A DNA stretch of 63,230 nucleotides from Geosiphon pyriformis uo1. Its lineage: Eukaryota; Fungi; Glomeromycota. The stretch's first letter is position 1. Each line of letters opens with the position of its first letter. The notes below the pieces were generated by a model. The model was given only the letters and a program-made list of their open reading frames with translations, was not told the DNA's origin and searched no databases. The translations under genes and the position numbers were made by a program. The stretch covers positions 335,669 to 398,898 of the forward strand of contig JAAOMT010000503.1 in the NCBI GenBank assembly GCA_016748015.1, read 5' to 3'. Shown here one piece after another: positions 50,501 through 63,230 of this stretch.

Positions 50501-51248
50501 CTTATAAAGACTTTGCACTATCGGCTTCCTGTGGCTGTCCAGAAATGCATTTATGATAAATGTTACCCTAGTGTTCTGTATCTGTATTGTGGTAAAGTGG
50601 AGGTTTCTGATCATGTGTTTTCTTGTGTGATTGATAATTCGGTTTGTTGTCAAGTTCTGGAATCCTGCATGTCTTCTTGAAAATCAATTTCTGGGCTCTC
50701 TCTTCTCTCTTCAGTTGTGTTGCAGTTTATGTTGACCTGTGCTTCAGATTTGCTGGTTTCCTCGACTCTTTACAAGGGTTTTGTTTTCAATGGATGGCTT
50801 TAGGAGGCTGTTACTGTTTTTCATGATCTCAAGGTTGCTGGTGTTAAAATTACTGATTTTATGCACTCTCTTTGCTCTGCTTTTAGGAATGATATTTGGT
50901 TGGTCTGTACCAAGCATTGTGCTTTTATGGAAAAGAATGGCCTAATTCCAGTAAACGGATCAATTCCCATTCTAGTTTTTGGTTCAGTTTTGAGATTGTC
51001 GCCTGGTGTGATTAAATTGCTTGGTGTTACTGAAGCCTTTGGTGTCCTTTTTGGCTTTCACAAGTCTTGTTCATTTTTTTCGGATATTGGTGACATGGTT
51101 TCTGTTAATATAGTTGTGTAGTGTTGTTCTAACTGGCTCGAGTGGCTGGTCACGTGTGGTTAAGTGCATGATTTATGTCTAGTTTAGATCATTTCATTGA
51201 TGTATTGTTCTAGGTAGTGTTTGGATCTCACTCATTAAACGTAATAAA
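44534..51248 (+). mobile_element. Full-length LINE (~6.7 kb), ORF1 and ORF2 with stops
   Basis: ORF1 with CSSCNSLGYTSRNC knuckle; ATGA overlap at 46447; EN (CNVRGLN, GGDFNE, IDYVFV, TDH), RT (FVDD), RNase H, CCHC; TSD (A)8CTG on both sides. Confidence 0.92.
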
Positions 51249-51610
51249 AAAAAAAACTGTTATTAAAAAAATAAACTATCTTAATTAATAAATTGTTTAT
51301 AAATTTATTTATTTTTTAATTATTATATAATATTATTATTATTAATTAAAATTTATATAATTATTGCCAAATTTTGTTTTTAATAATTAGTTTATTAAAT
51401 TATTTATAATATTTAAAAATATAACAATAAAGTTTGTTTTAATTAATATTTGTATTTTAATAACATTTATTTTTAAAATTTATTTATAATATGAGTTTTA
51501 TTTAAAATTAACATTTTTTGTAAATTTATTAATGTTTTTGGTTAATATATAATATAGGTTTAATTAATTTAAATAATTAATTAAATATAAAAAATACAAA
51601 TTATACTTAT

Positions 51611-54600
51611 ATATTATTAAAAAACTCTTTCTTTCATTGATCCCCTGGTCACAACGAGAGCTTTGAGTTGTCACTGAAATAGCCTTCCTTTTCCCTTTCT
51701 CCTTTACCTTTCTCCAGTTATTTCTTCAGACATTCCCCTTTTTGTGGCTATGGAACCAGTGGGCTTTGCTGCTGGTGGTTCTGAGTCCGTTTCGGCTGGG
51801 TTGGGGACCCGGTCTGGTGTCAAAAATAAGTATTCGGTTGGTCCTCAATTTCGTGGTGCATCCTATAAGAAACCGAAGAAACCTGTGGCAGTTGACGGTT
51901 TGGTGGAGTCGTCTGCTGGTGTCTTGAACGTTATAGATGAAAGTGGTGACGGATCTAATATTGGGCAATCGTGGGCTAGCGAGGTCAACAGCGAAGTGAA
52001 CAGCGTAAGTGGCATCTCGGACTTGAATAACTTGGAAAACGTCGTCGCTGAGGAAACTAGCTATGCTGAGTTGGATGTTTCAGGTTTGGATGACGACATG
52101 AATGATGCCACACCAAGGAAGATGCATACTCGCACCTATGTTCTGAACAGTAAGCCGCCACCTATCTCTTTCAATGTGCTAAGTGATGGTGGAGACACTC
52201 TGCCTCTTCTGAGTCCTAAATTTTGTGAGTCCAATCGCCTTCCTCCAGTCAGGTCACATGCTCCAGAGAAATGGAGTTTTATTTCGTCAAAATCGTTTGC
52301 ATTGAATATTGAGCTATTTGCCGTTCCTGGCAAAACTATTGGTAATAAGTTGGTTTGTGTGAAAAAAATTTTTTATCAGGTTGATGGTTTTGGGGGGGCT
52401 TCGACTCCCTCAAAATTTCCTGGAATAATTTACATCTGAAAAAAGTTTGTTTAAGGCGAGGAAAATGGCAATCAGTGAAAAAATATTGGTAAATGATGAT
52501 CTAAGAAAAGTAAACAGCCATTCAGATCGGGAGGTGATCGTCAAGGAAATCCCAGTAAATCTTCCCAAATCAGCAATTAAGGCAGTGTTCTCCAAGTTTG
52601 GCAAGATTGTTTCAATTAAAGTGCAGCTTATTGGTCTTTGGCAAAAGGCCCTGGTGGAAAATAAATCATCTGAGATGGCTGATTTGGTCGCAGTTAGATG
52701 GTTTGTGCTCATGGGAAAGGATTCTGTCCGCGTGGCAAAGGCAGATATTGATAAACAAATGTGGGTATCGAGGGATCAGCATCGGGCTTTGCTCTATACT
52801 CTTCCAGTTGGCATCAATGCTCATGATCTCTCCAGTTTGTTGGAATCATATGATGGGAAGACTTGTTATATCGGCCGTAACCCTAGTTCATATGTTCGTG
52901 ATAAATGTGCTGTGATTTGTTTTGGTGATGAGGCATCCAAGTTGGCTGCTATTAGTACCATTCCAGTTTTCAGAAACGTGAGTTTGCATTGGGCTGGTCT
53001 TTCTTTGGCCAGTTGTGCTCGTTGTAAACATTTTGGTCATGTTTCGGTCAACTGTTCCTTGGGTGAGTATTCTGGTGTTCGAGGAAGGAGAGTGGTTTCT
53101 GAGCAAGATCGGGTTTGTCTAGCTGGGATATATAAGAGGAAGTCGGCCCCTGTCGCTCGTCCAGTTTCTTTTGGTGGAAAGACGTGGGCCCAAGTGGCAG
53201 GCAGTTCTCCCTCTCGTGTTGTCTCTTCGGGTGCTCCTGGTGTCAGTTTGGTCTCTGGTTCGAAGGCTTCCTCAATGGATTCCTTCTCATCTGGTGCCAC
53301 TGATCTAGATGGTTGCCTAGCTGTGCTGGAACGCTCTGTGGAAATTCTCACGAACTGAGTCTCATTCATTTTAAAGAAGTTAAGTTTTGTTGACTTGGTG
53401 CCATTGGCGCCTTCTCCTTCAGCTCTTCTTTTGGTGTCTCCAACTGCCGTTGTTTCTGATATGGACTCAGGTTTGGATTTGGATAGCACGTTGTTGTCGT
53501 CTGTCTCTTCTTCTCCCAATGTTGGTGGGTTGGTTGTTGATTTCAGTCCGAGCAGTTCTAAGGTTTTGACTGCCAAGATTGGCAGTTTGGAGTCAAATAT
53601 GATGGCTCTTGAGGCTTCAGTTTGCTCGGTCTTGGATAGATTGGATTATCTGTGTTCTGGATCGGGTTCGTTGGCTTTTCCTCCATCTCAATGAGTAGTT
53701 TGGTTTGGAAATTTGCTATGTACAACGTTCGGGGTATCAATGTTCCTGCAAAGCAAGCGGATGTTGTTCGTTGGCATGTGAGCTTGGGAAATATGGTTTT
53801 TTTTATCACTGAGACTAAGTTGAGGTCCTCTTCTGGGCCATGGATAAAAGATAAATTTGATGGAGTGCGAATATTTTCTTCTGGCTTGGATAAGGGTTTC
53901 ATGGGTGCTGGAGTTGCGATTGTCATGAACATTTCTTTGGCCTGTCATGTATCTAAGGTGGAGGGGATTCCTGGTCGAGTTATTTCTGTTCGGCTCCTGT
54001 TTAAGGGCAAGCTCTTGGTTACTGTTTTGGGGTTGTATGCTGGTGCCTCCTCTGGGGCTAGATTTGGTTAGGCTTCTGAAGTTAACACCCTCATTGCAAA
54101 GATGGTCAACTCCAGCAATTTTGTTATCTTGGGTGGAGACTTTAATGAGAATAGATCTGGTAGAAGTGCTAGTTTCAAGTTTTGTTTGAGTTTAGGTTTG
54201 GTCAATTCATTTGTTGGTCATCATTTGGCTAATTCTTATATGTGGAGCAATTCGAGAGGAGTTGGGAAAACAATTGATTACATTTTTGTTGGTAGTAATT
54301 TGTCTACTGCTGTTGCTGGCCATCAAGTTGTCTCTGTTTCAGATTTCTTTGACACTGATCACAAGACTGTTGTAGTTTCAGTCAGTTTGGGTGGGCTTCT
54401 AGATGTACAATTGAACAGTTTGCGCAAGTAGGTGAATAGGGATTGTTGGAAGTTCAAAATCAAGAATGCTAACTGTGTCGGATGGGCTAAGTTTAAGGAT
54501 CTCTTGTCAGTTAAACTTTTGTCTTTGGGTGAGGTGTTCTCTGGTGCCAAAATACGTGGTGATGTAGATGCTATGTGGGCAGTTTTGGTGGAAGCTGTGG

Positions 54601-57600
54601 TGGATTCTGCTGATGTGACATTTTCGAGGCATTGGTTTAGTGAATTCAAGTGTTTGAGAAACAAACATTCTTCTAGGTTTTTTGGTCTGGAATTGTTGGT
54701 GGCCAAGATTGTCAAGAAATTTTGCTCTGGTGACTTGCTGGGCGCTGATCGTCTTGTGAGTAAATGATCGACTCTGGATGACGCGAAGGCTCGTGCTTTC
54801 AAGGACTTGGTTGGCTCGGGTGTTAAATCTGATGTTGTTGTTAGGCATTTGTCATTGGTTCGCAGAGATTACAGGAGGTCGAAGATGTTTGAGTCAAGGT
54901 TGGCTGAGAAAGCTTCGGTTAGGAAGGCGATTAAAAAGCGCATGAATAATTTCTGTTCGGATAAGGGTAGTATGATCAGGAGTGTGTTGGAAAAGCCTTT
55001 TCGCAAGGTTGTGTTGGATCACTTGATAGTTGATGATGATCTGGTCTTGTTGCCTGAAGAGGTAAAGTCCAGTGTAGATAGAATAATGGAGAGGTGGACG
55101 AGGAAACGCTCTGTGCAGTCAGTGCTTCCTGATCTTTGGGCTCATCAGTACGCGCCTTTGGACTATGTTCGGGATGATGCTTTTTCAGGTGTTATGAGTG
55201 CAATCAGTATGGGTGAGTTACTTTCTGTTGTTGGTGGTTTTCCTGATGGCAAGGCTGCTGGTTTGTCTGGTGTTCCTAATGAGTTATGGAAACATGGTGG
55301 TGAGGTGGTTTTGGGGTGCCTGTTGGCACTGTTTAATAAATGTTTGTCTGGTGGTGTGGTGCCTGTTTTGTGGAAGAGGGCTTGGGTGTCAATGATTCCT
55401 AAGCCTTATGACTGGGATAGAGTTCTTACAAACACTCAGCCCATTGCTTTGATTGAGACTGCCAGGAAGATTCTTTCCAAGATTCTGTCTGACCGTATTT
55501 CAATGGCTTGTAGCAAGTTTAATGTTCTTCAGGGTGACAACTTTTCGGTGCTGAAGGGTATGTTAACACAATCTCTGGTGTTTGCTATCGGTTCGGTAAT
55601 TGAGGATGCCATTGAGAAGGATAGGGAGTTATGGTTGGTCTTGCAAGATATGTGGAAAGCTTACAATTCAGTTGGGTGGCATCATTTAAGAGCTAATTTG
55701 CGGCGTGTCAAGATGTGTAAGAGGTTCATAAGATTTTTTGGTGGTATTCATGAGGATAGAGTTAATAGAGTGATGACTGACTTTGGTTTGTCTGGTGGTT
55801 ATAAGGTGCATGATGGGCTGGACCAGAGTGAGGTCTTTTCGCCACTTCTTTGGAGAATTTTTTACGATCTGCTTTTGTGTGAGATTAAAAGGCACGAACA
55901 ATTGTGTGGATACCAGATTGATACTAAGTTTGTTTCAAAATCTGGCAGAATTGAGGGCAGTGATGGTTTGACATCGTATTTTTCGGCTGGTGTGTTTGTC
56001 GATGATACGATCTGGGTTGGGAATTGTCAGGCTTCTACTCAATACGCTCTGAACATTGCCAGTGAATTTTTTGTGATCAATAATATTTCTATCAATAGTG
56101 AGAAGACGGTAGCTATTCCCATCAATCAGGGCGTTAAAGTTGCTTCACTGAACATTTGTGGTTAGCCAATTTCTATTGCCAAGAAAGGGGAAGCACATCG
56201 GTATCTGGGTATTTTTCTGTTGACTGAAGGGCTCTCCAAGCCGAGTGTTGCCAAGGCTTATGCGGATGTACGTTTCTTCGTCAATGTTGTGCTTAGGAAA
56301 GCTATTACAGATAAACAATTCTCCTATCTGGTGTTGGCTGTTTTGCAGCCTATTGTTAGCTATCGTACTCAGTTCAGTTTTGTCTCATCTAATGTTTGTC
56401 GCAAGTGGGATGTCTTGGTTAGAAAGGGTCTTAGGTCCAAGGCTTGTTTCTCCCGTGATTTTCCTGACACTGTTTTACATCATCCCTCATTGTATGGCCT
56501 AAAGCCTTTTGAGCAGGTGCAGTCAGAAGGGAAGGTTGCTGCTTTGGTGGCATTCTCTAATGCCTTTGGCATTCTTGGGCGTTTGTTTAGACATAGATTT
56601 TTGGACCTACAGGTTCTTGGTTGGGCTCCTTTGGATTCTTTGCAGTTTCCGGTCAGGTTGCGTGTTAGTCTGGTAAACAATTTTTTGGCTGAGATGGTGA
56701 AGATCTTTCTGGGAAATGAGCTTACTTTGGTGAACAACCTCCTCACTGCATTTCGTAGTCCTGGTCGGTTCCTATTGTCCTCTGTTCTTGGAAAGTTTTT
56801 GTATTTTGATTCGGTCAAATCTCTTAAACATTTTGGTGTCGCTTTTGGTGATCAGCTTTTTGATAAGAAAGGTGTTTTGTTGGATTGGAAAACTTTTCGT
56901 CATTGGAAGAGGTTGGATCCACGTGGCCCTGTGTCTCACTGGTTCATGGTTTCTTCTGAGTTTTTGAAAGATCAGGGTTACTCATTTTCTGGTTCTGTTG
57001 GCTCTGCGGGTAAGTTTGGTTTGAACATTTTGGGGTCTGGAGAATTTTCTGTGGTTAAAGATGGATTGCATGACATTTGGTCAGGCTTTTTTGAAGTTTT
57101 TATGGATGGGTCTTTGAGAAATGCAGGCTCTGCTGAAGTCACCTGTGGTGCTGCTGCATACTTTCCAGTCTTGAATAAGAGCATTGGTGTCACTGTTCAT
57201 GGTCTTTTGTCTTCTACTATGGCCGAGTTACAGGCTGTCGCTTTGGCTTTGGAGTGTGTTCCTTCTTCAAGTACTGTGGTGTTACGTCTTGACAGCCAGG
57301 CTGCCATTGACGCATGTGTGTCTGAGATGTCTTTGGTTGCCCCTGATTTCCGTAATCAATGCTGGCTGGAAAGGTGTCATATTTTCAATTTGGTTAGGGA
57401 TAAGGATCTCAGCGTGAGTTGGGTTAAAGTGAAAGGACACTCTGGGATTCCTGGTAATATGAGAGCTGACTTGGCTGTTGGGGCTGCCTCTGGGTCTCCC
57501 TTTTCCCTTTGTGCCGATGTGTGTGAACATTTTTTGGTTGCTGAGGATATTGCTGTTTCTAGTAATGCCCGTTATTTTGTCAAGAATATTTTTTGATCAA

Positions 57601-58506
57601 TTTGTTGTGCTTGTTGGGAAGCTGGGCCTGGTTGTGATGTAGTTCTGGATGCGATGATTGGTTACATAGACTGGATTGTCACGGCAAAGGTGTGGCATCC
57701 TGATTCTCATATGCTTGCTGGGTTTACTAGCCATGCATCCTCAATGCTTCGCACTTATGTTATGAAGGCTGTGCACAAGAGGTTGCCGGTGGCAATAAGG
57801 AAGAGGTTGTATGATAAGTACTACCCTAGTGTGTTGTGTTTGTTTTGTGGTAAAGTGGAATTCTCTGACCACGTTTTTACTTGTGTTCATGAGTCTGGCA
57901 TTTGTGGTGAGATTTTGGTGGAGGCTTCTGCCCATTGGTCAGCTTTGGCTGGTGATTCCCCTGCTTCTGCTGTGTTGTGGGTTTTGTCTCAATGTTCCAT
58001 TGATGTTGGGCTGTACACTTTGGTGTGCAAAGGGTTTGTGCTGGAGGAGTGGTATGAGGAGGCTTGCGATGTTTTTGAGAATAGAAAGATGGCCACTGCT
58101 CAGATTGTTGATTATGTCAGGTTCGTTGTTGAATTACATCATGCTAAAGTATGGTTGGCTAGAGCCAGCCACTGGGTGGTGATGGAGAAAGCTGGTCTGG
58201 TCTGTGACGTTGGTGTTGTTTCTGGGCTCCCTTGTGGTGTGTCTTTGGTTTTGTTTGATGGTGTTGTGAGATTGCTTGGTTTGGCCAATTCCTTTGCTGT
58301 TAGCTTTGGTCGTCGGAAGCCTTATTGTTTCTTTTCTGGTCTGGGTGGCAGTGTGAGGGTAGTTATAGATGTGTAGTGTTGCCTTATCTGGCCTGAGTGG
58401 CTAGCCACATGTGGAAAGTGTGTGAGTCACATTTAGTTTGAGCCTTTTAGTTTGGTTCTATATACTAGATAGCGATTGGGCTGCACTCATTAAATGGGTT
58501 AATAAA
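51611..58506 (+). mobile_element. Full-length LINE (~6.9 kb), least decayed copy; ORF1 ~51749-53694, ORF2 53691-58376
   Basis: Perfect 13-bp TSD AAATTATACTTAT (51598-51610, 58507-58519); ORF1 RRM-like region and CARCKHFGHVSVNC; ORF2 APE, RT (GVFVDD), RNase H (MDGS, AELQA, LDSQ, KGHSG), CLFC..DHVFTC; retains many CpG. Confidence 0.95.
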
Positions 58507-59067
58507 AAATTATACTTATTTTAAATTTTTATAAATTGTATTATAATAAATAATAATTAGATTTTTATTTATTAAATAAAAAAAATATATTTTTATATCA
58601 AATTTTTTATATTTATTAATTATTTTTGGCAATTATTTAAAAAATAATATAAGTTTATTTATTTGTTAATTTTATTTTATTTTTACAATTTTAATAAAAA
58701 GTGTTTTTAATTATTTGTTTTAAATAATTTATATATAAAAATAAAAAAAATTTTTTTTTTTTGTATTTTTATAAATATAATTAAAGCAAAAAGTAAAAAA
58801 GTTGCAAAATTTTTATTTTTATAAGTAAAATATATAATTATTAAAATTGTTTAATAATATTTTATAAAACTTTTTTTTTAATAAAATAATAATAAACCAA
58901 TTTTTTTTCTTTTTTTTTAAGTTAATTTTTTTGTAATATTAGAAAACTTTGTTTTTTTAATATAAAGTCAAATCTAAGATAATCTATAATCTGTAATAAA
59001 CTATAATATTTTGAATCAATCAATTTAGTAGTTAAAAAATTCTTATGTTTATAGCAAAAAATAAATT

Positions 59068-62000
59068 AAAAAAAACTTTTTTCTCTCTTACCTCCAAAAA
59101 TTCTCAAAAAGCATATTTCGAAAGAAGTTTTTTTCTGTTATTTCATACTGTCTTCCATCACTTTACAAGAAACAAATCCTTTTGTTGTTGACCTGGCTGC
59201 TCTCATGAGTGGTACTGGTGCTAAAAGAAGGTCAACCAGAGTTCCAACTTCTGGTTCAGTCAGTAGTGGTTCAAGTCATAAGGTTAAGAAACCTCCTGGT
59301 GGTGCTAAGCTATTAAGTAATGGTGTGGTTCTCAAAGGTAGTGGATCTGGTCAAGTGGTCAGACAGTTTAATAGCATGAATACTGATGGGGAGGCTTCCG
59401 AAGGTAAAGGAGTATCTGATTCCAAGATGAATACACCCCAAGCCAAGTGTTTTAATAATGGTGCGATTATTGGCTCCCCCTTTAGCTTTATTAATTTCGA
59501 CATGGAAGAGGAAGAAGAGATGTCTTTTTTCCCCCTCTCTCCCATAAGTTTTTTTCTTTGGATAAGGTGTGGATTGATCTCAAAATCATTAAAACTCAGG
59601 TGGAGGTGGCTGTAAAAAAATCTTTTGCTTTGGACATCAATCTTTCAGCTGTAAAAGGGATATTGGCAACAGCCAAAACTCATGCCATAAGAAAATTATT
59701 TTCAGGAATCAATGGTTTTGGGGGGGCTACTACTCCCTCAAAATTTGAAGAAATCATCAAATCTACCTTCACCTCTGAAGCAAGCATGGAAAAAGCTGCC
59801 TCATTGGCCAGAGAAAATAACATCATAGTAAACAGCGATCTTAAGAGACAAGGAGTTTGCTCAGATCAGACCATAGTTATCAAGGAAATTCCCATGGATA
59901 CGCCAAAGGAAATGATCATCGCCACAGTATCCAAGTTTGGTCAAGTGGTGTCAATCCGATTGCAACTCATTGGGCTGTGGCAGAAGGCTGTGGTGGAGTT
60001 TGCCAAATCAAGTTAGGCAGATCAGTTGGCAGCTAAGTGGTCATTCTTAATCAAGAAAAATTCAGTGCGCGTGACCAAAGCTGTGAGGGATTGTGAGACA
60101 TAGGCATCTAGAGATTGGTATAGGGCACTTTTGTTTACTTTGCCAGTGGGAACAACAGCTTATGATCTTGGCAATCTTTTGGCAGAGGCTGGTGGGAAAA
60201 CTTGTGTCATAAATTGATTCTTAAACACTGGTAATAGGATTTATTGTACTGTGGTTTGTTTTGAGAATGATGAGAAATTGGAGTTTGCATTTTGTATGGA
60301 GCCTATTTTTGGTGAGGTGAGGCTGTCTTAGGCTAGATTAGACATGATTCAGTGCAAACAGTATGGGAAACTTAATCATTCTGTTCTAGAGTGTGATGCT
60401 AAAACCTTAATCTCTCTTACTATTTCTAAGTCATTTAAAAGGGTTATCTCTGATAAGAATTGCCTCTAGTTGGCCAAGCTATATGTGAAAAAGAGTGTGC
60501 CTATTTCTAAACTGGCTGCATTCAGCGGCAAATCATGGGCCCAGATTGTCTCTCTGGTATTTTCGTCTAATGGTCTTCACTTTGATTCTGGTCCTGGTTT
60601 TGGCTCTTCTTCTGGTGCCTCAGGTGTGATTGATCACTCATCTCTTGCAGGTCTTATTAGTTTATTTTTGGAAACTCGTCTCACTTCTTTGGAGCACTCT
60701 TTGGAACTTCTCATAGATAAGGTGTCTGGTATTATTGACAAACTTGACAGTTTAAACCTGGTGCTCTTGGCTCTCGCCTTCTCTTTTCAGCCCTTGGTTG
60801 TCTCTGATTTGGTTAATATGGAATTTGGTTCGGATATGGTTTTGGATGACCCTAAGTCTGCAGTTCTTCTTCTTTCTTCAGTTTCCTCTGGTGCCCCAAG
60901 TTCGGGTTTGAGTAGTTCAAAAATTTTGACTTTGAAAATGGGCTGTTTGGAGTCAAAGTTGATGGCTCTCAAAGCTTCGGTTTGTTCAGTATTGGGGAAG
61001 TTAGATCAGATGTGTGCTGGCTCAGGTTCTGTAGTCTCTTCTGTACCTCAATGAATAATTTAGTATAGAAAATAGCCATGTGTAATGTCAAGAGAATGAA
61101 CAATTCAGCAAAGCAGGAGGACATTATACGTTGGCACAGAAATATGAACAATTTGGTTTCAATTGTTACTGAGACAAAGTTAAAAGATAAGGTTCAGTCT
61201 TGGATTGCTAATAAATTTGATGGTGTTTAGGTTTTTGTTTCTGGTTTGGATTTTGGTTACCTTGGTTCTGGTGTGGCGATCATTATGAACAACGCTTTGG
61301 TGAAACATGTATGTAAAGTTTTTGAGATTCCTGGTCATCTTTTGTCTGTCAAGCTGTTTTTCAAAAATAAGCTTTCAGTGTCGATTCTGGGTTTGTATGC
61401 TGGTGCTTCAATATCTGTGCACTTCTCACAAGTGGACAAGATAAATTCTTTAATTGCTAAAGCTGTTAATGAGTCTTCTTTCGTGATATTGGGTGGCGAT
61501 TTCAATGAAAATGGCTCTCACAGGTGTGCTAGTTTTAGGAAATATTTTGATTTGGGTTTGGTCAATGCCTTGGAAGAGAGTTTGTTTGGAAAGAATGTGA
61601 CTTGGACCAATTTTCGAGGGGTAACCAAGATTATTAATTATGTGTTTGTGTCATCAAGCTTGGTCAATACAATCTTAGATCGTAGTGTAACCAGAGTTGA
61701 TGAATATTTTGATACTAATCATAAGGCTGTTACCATTTCCGTGGACCTGGGTGGTCTTTTGGATGTTAATTTGATATTCCTTCACAAACAGGTGAATAAG
61801 GATCGTTAGAAGTTCAATTTTAAGAATGCTATGGCTGCCAAATGGGCTGCTTTCAAGAAATTTTCTGCTGCCACTGCAGCAATGTTTAAGTGCGAGTTTG
61901 ATGCTGCTCTATTGTTTCTGGATCTGGATGCTATGTGGGACGTCATCTGTAAAATTGTGTACTTATCAGCGAATGATGTTTTCAAAAAAAAATGGTTCAA

Positions 62001-63230
62001 GAGTTATGATAATGTATTTACTAAGGAATCTTCTAAGTTTCACAAGCTAGAACTTTTGGTGTCTAAACTAGTTAAAGCATCATGTTTGGTTTCCTCTGAA
62101 GAATTTGTTGCATTACTGGGTACATGGAACTTGTTAGACGCTACAAATGTTTCTGTGGTGGAGTCTCTTTTTCTTTCAGGGTCGCATTTTGAGGTTATAA
62201 GATCTGTCTTGTTCAGAGTCAGGAAGTTGTATCATTCCTCTAAATTGTCCAAGTCAAAGCATGCTGAAAAATTTCGTATTAGATTGGTAGTTAGTAGGAG
62301 GATAGAAAGTTTTGAGGTGAATAAGGGTCATACAATTAGGAGTGTGCTAAAGCACCCCTTTCACAAGGTAGTATTGGATCACTTGGTTGTCAATGATGAA
62401 CTGGTTTTGGATCCTAATTTAGTTAAATTTAAGGTGGATATTATCATGGAAGACTGGACCAGAAAACGCAAGTTGGTCACTGATATCTCTGCTGATTGGT
62501 GTCGTCAATACCAACCCTTGGAGTACATATTTGATGATGCATTTTCGAGAATAATGGACCCTATTAGTTCTGTTGAGTTGCTTGATGTTGTTTTGGATTT
62601 GTCTAATGATAAGGCTACTGGTTTGTCTGGTATTTCAAACGAGCTTTGGAAGCATTGTGATGAATCAGTTCTGGATATGTTGTTGGTGTTCTTAAACTCT
62701 TGTTTGCTCTGTGAGTCAATTTTTGGTCTTTGAAAGGAAGCCTGGGTGTCTATGATTCCCAAGCCTTATGAGTGGGAGGGAGTTCTTATGAACACCCAAC
62801 CCATTGTTTTGATTGAAACCACTTGTAAGATTCTTTCAAAGATCCTCTCAAACAGGATTTCTTTGGCATGCAATACTCACAACATTCTCCACGGGTACAA
62901 TTTTTTGGTTTTGAAAAATACAATGACACAGTCTCCTATCTTTGCTGTCAGCTCTGTGGTTGAGGATACTCTGGAAAAGAACTGTGAGCTTTGGCTGATA
63001 TTGCAGAACATGAAGAAGGCCTATGATTCTGTTGGCTGGGAGCATTTAAAAAAGAGTCTGATTAGGATTAAAATGTGTGGCAGATTCATTCGATTTTTTG
63101 GTGGCATTCACAATAACTGAGTCAACAGAGTAATGACTGATTTTGGCTTAACTAATAGTTATCAAGTCCATGATGGTCTCGATCAAGGGGAAGTGTTCTC
63201 ACCTCTTCTCTGGCATATATTTTATGATTC
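59068..63230 (+). mobile_element. LINE, 5' part (ORF1, EN, start of RT), runs off the window
   Basis: ORF1 from 59205 (SFALDINL, GFGGATTPSKF, FSGKSWAQ), ATGA overlap at 61051, GGDFNE, DTNH, MIPKPYEW, KAYDSV. Confidence 0.92.

Noticed and set aside
51726-58182. Numerous antisense and alternate-frame ORFs over the LINE
   Set aside because: Shadow ORFs of a GT-rich coding strand, not conserved between copies.

Overview
Eukaryotic fungal DNA with short GT-AG introns. Gene content and repeat families suggest Mucoromycota/Glomeromycotina; the repeats resemble what I recall of Geosiphon-type genomes (inference, not verified). Bases 1-8.1 kb are a compact cluster of four housekeeping genes: DBP3-like DEAD-box helicase (partial), BUD6/AIP3, proteasome alpha-7 (PRE10) and SRP40. 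From about 8.4 kb to the end the window is a stacked transposon graveyard. It holds at least 8 copies of an APE-RT-RNaseH LINE family plus a hyper-mutated older LINE layer, a ~10 kb Ty3/Gypsy element with dUTPase and an extra ORF3 (16322-30169), two solo LTRs, and a 3.9 kb non-autonomous LTR element (18439-22341) nested in the Gypsy integrase. The standout is that nested element. It keeps both LTRs, PBS, PPT and a 4-bp TSD, but its Gag-CA/pol core is replaced by about 860 bp of foreign DNA. That insert encodes an unknown ORF followed 16 nt later by the N-terminal half of a single jelly-roll capsid S-domain of the tombus/sobemo-like type. This reads as a non-retroviral virus fragment captured by, and mobilised in, an LTR retrotransposon. 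The repeats also show pervasive C>T/G>A decay, including CpA contexts (RIP-like). All coordinates and counts were read by hand.
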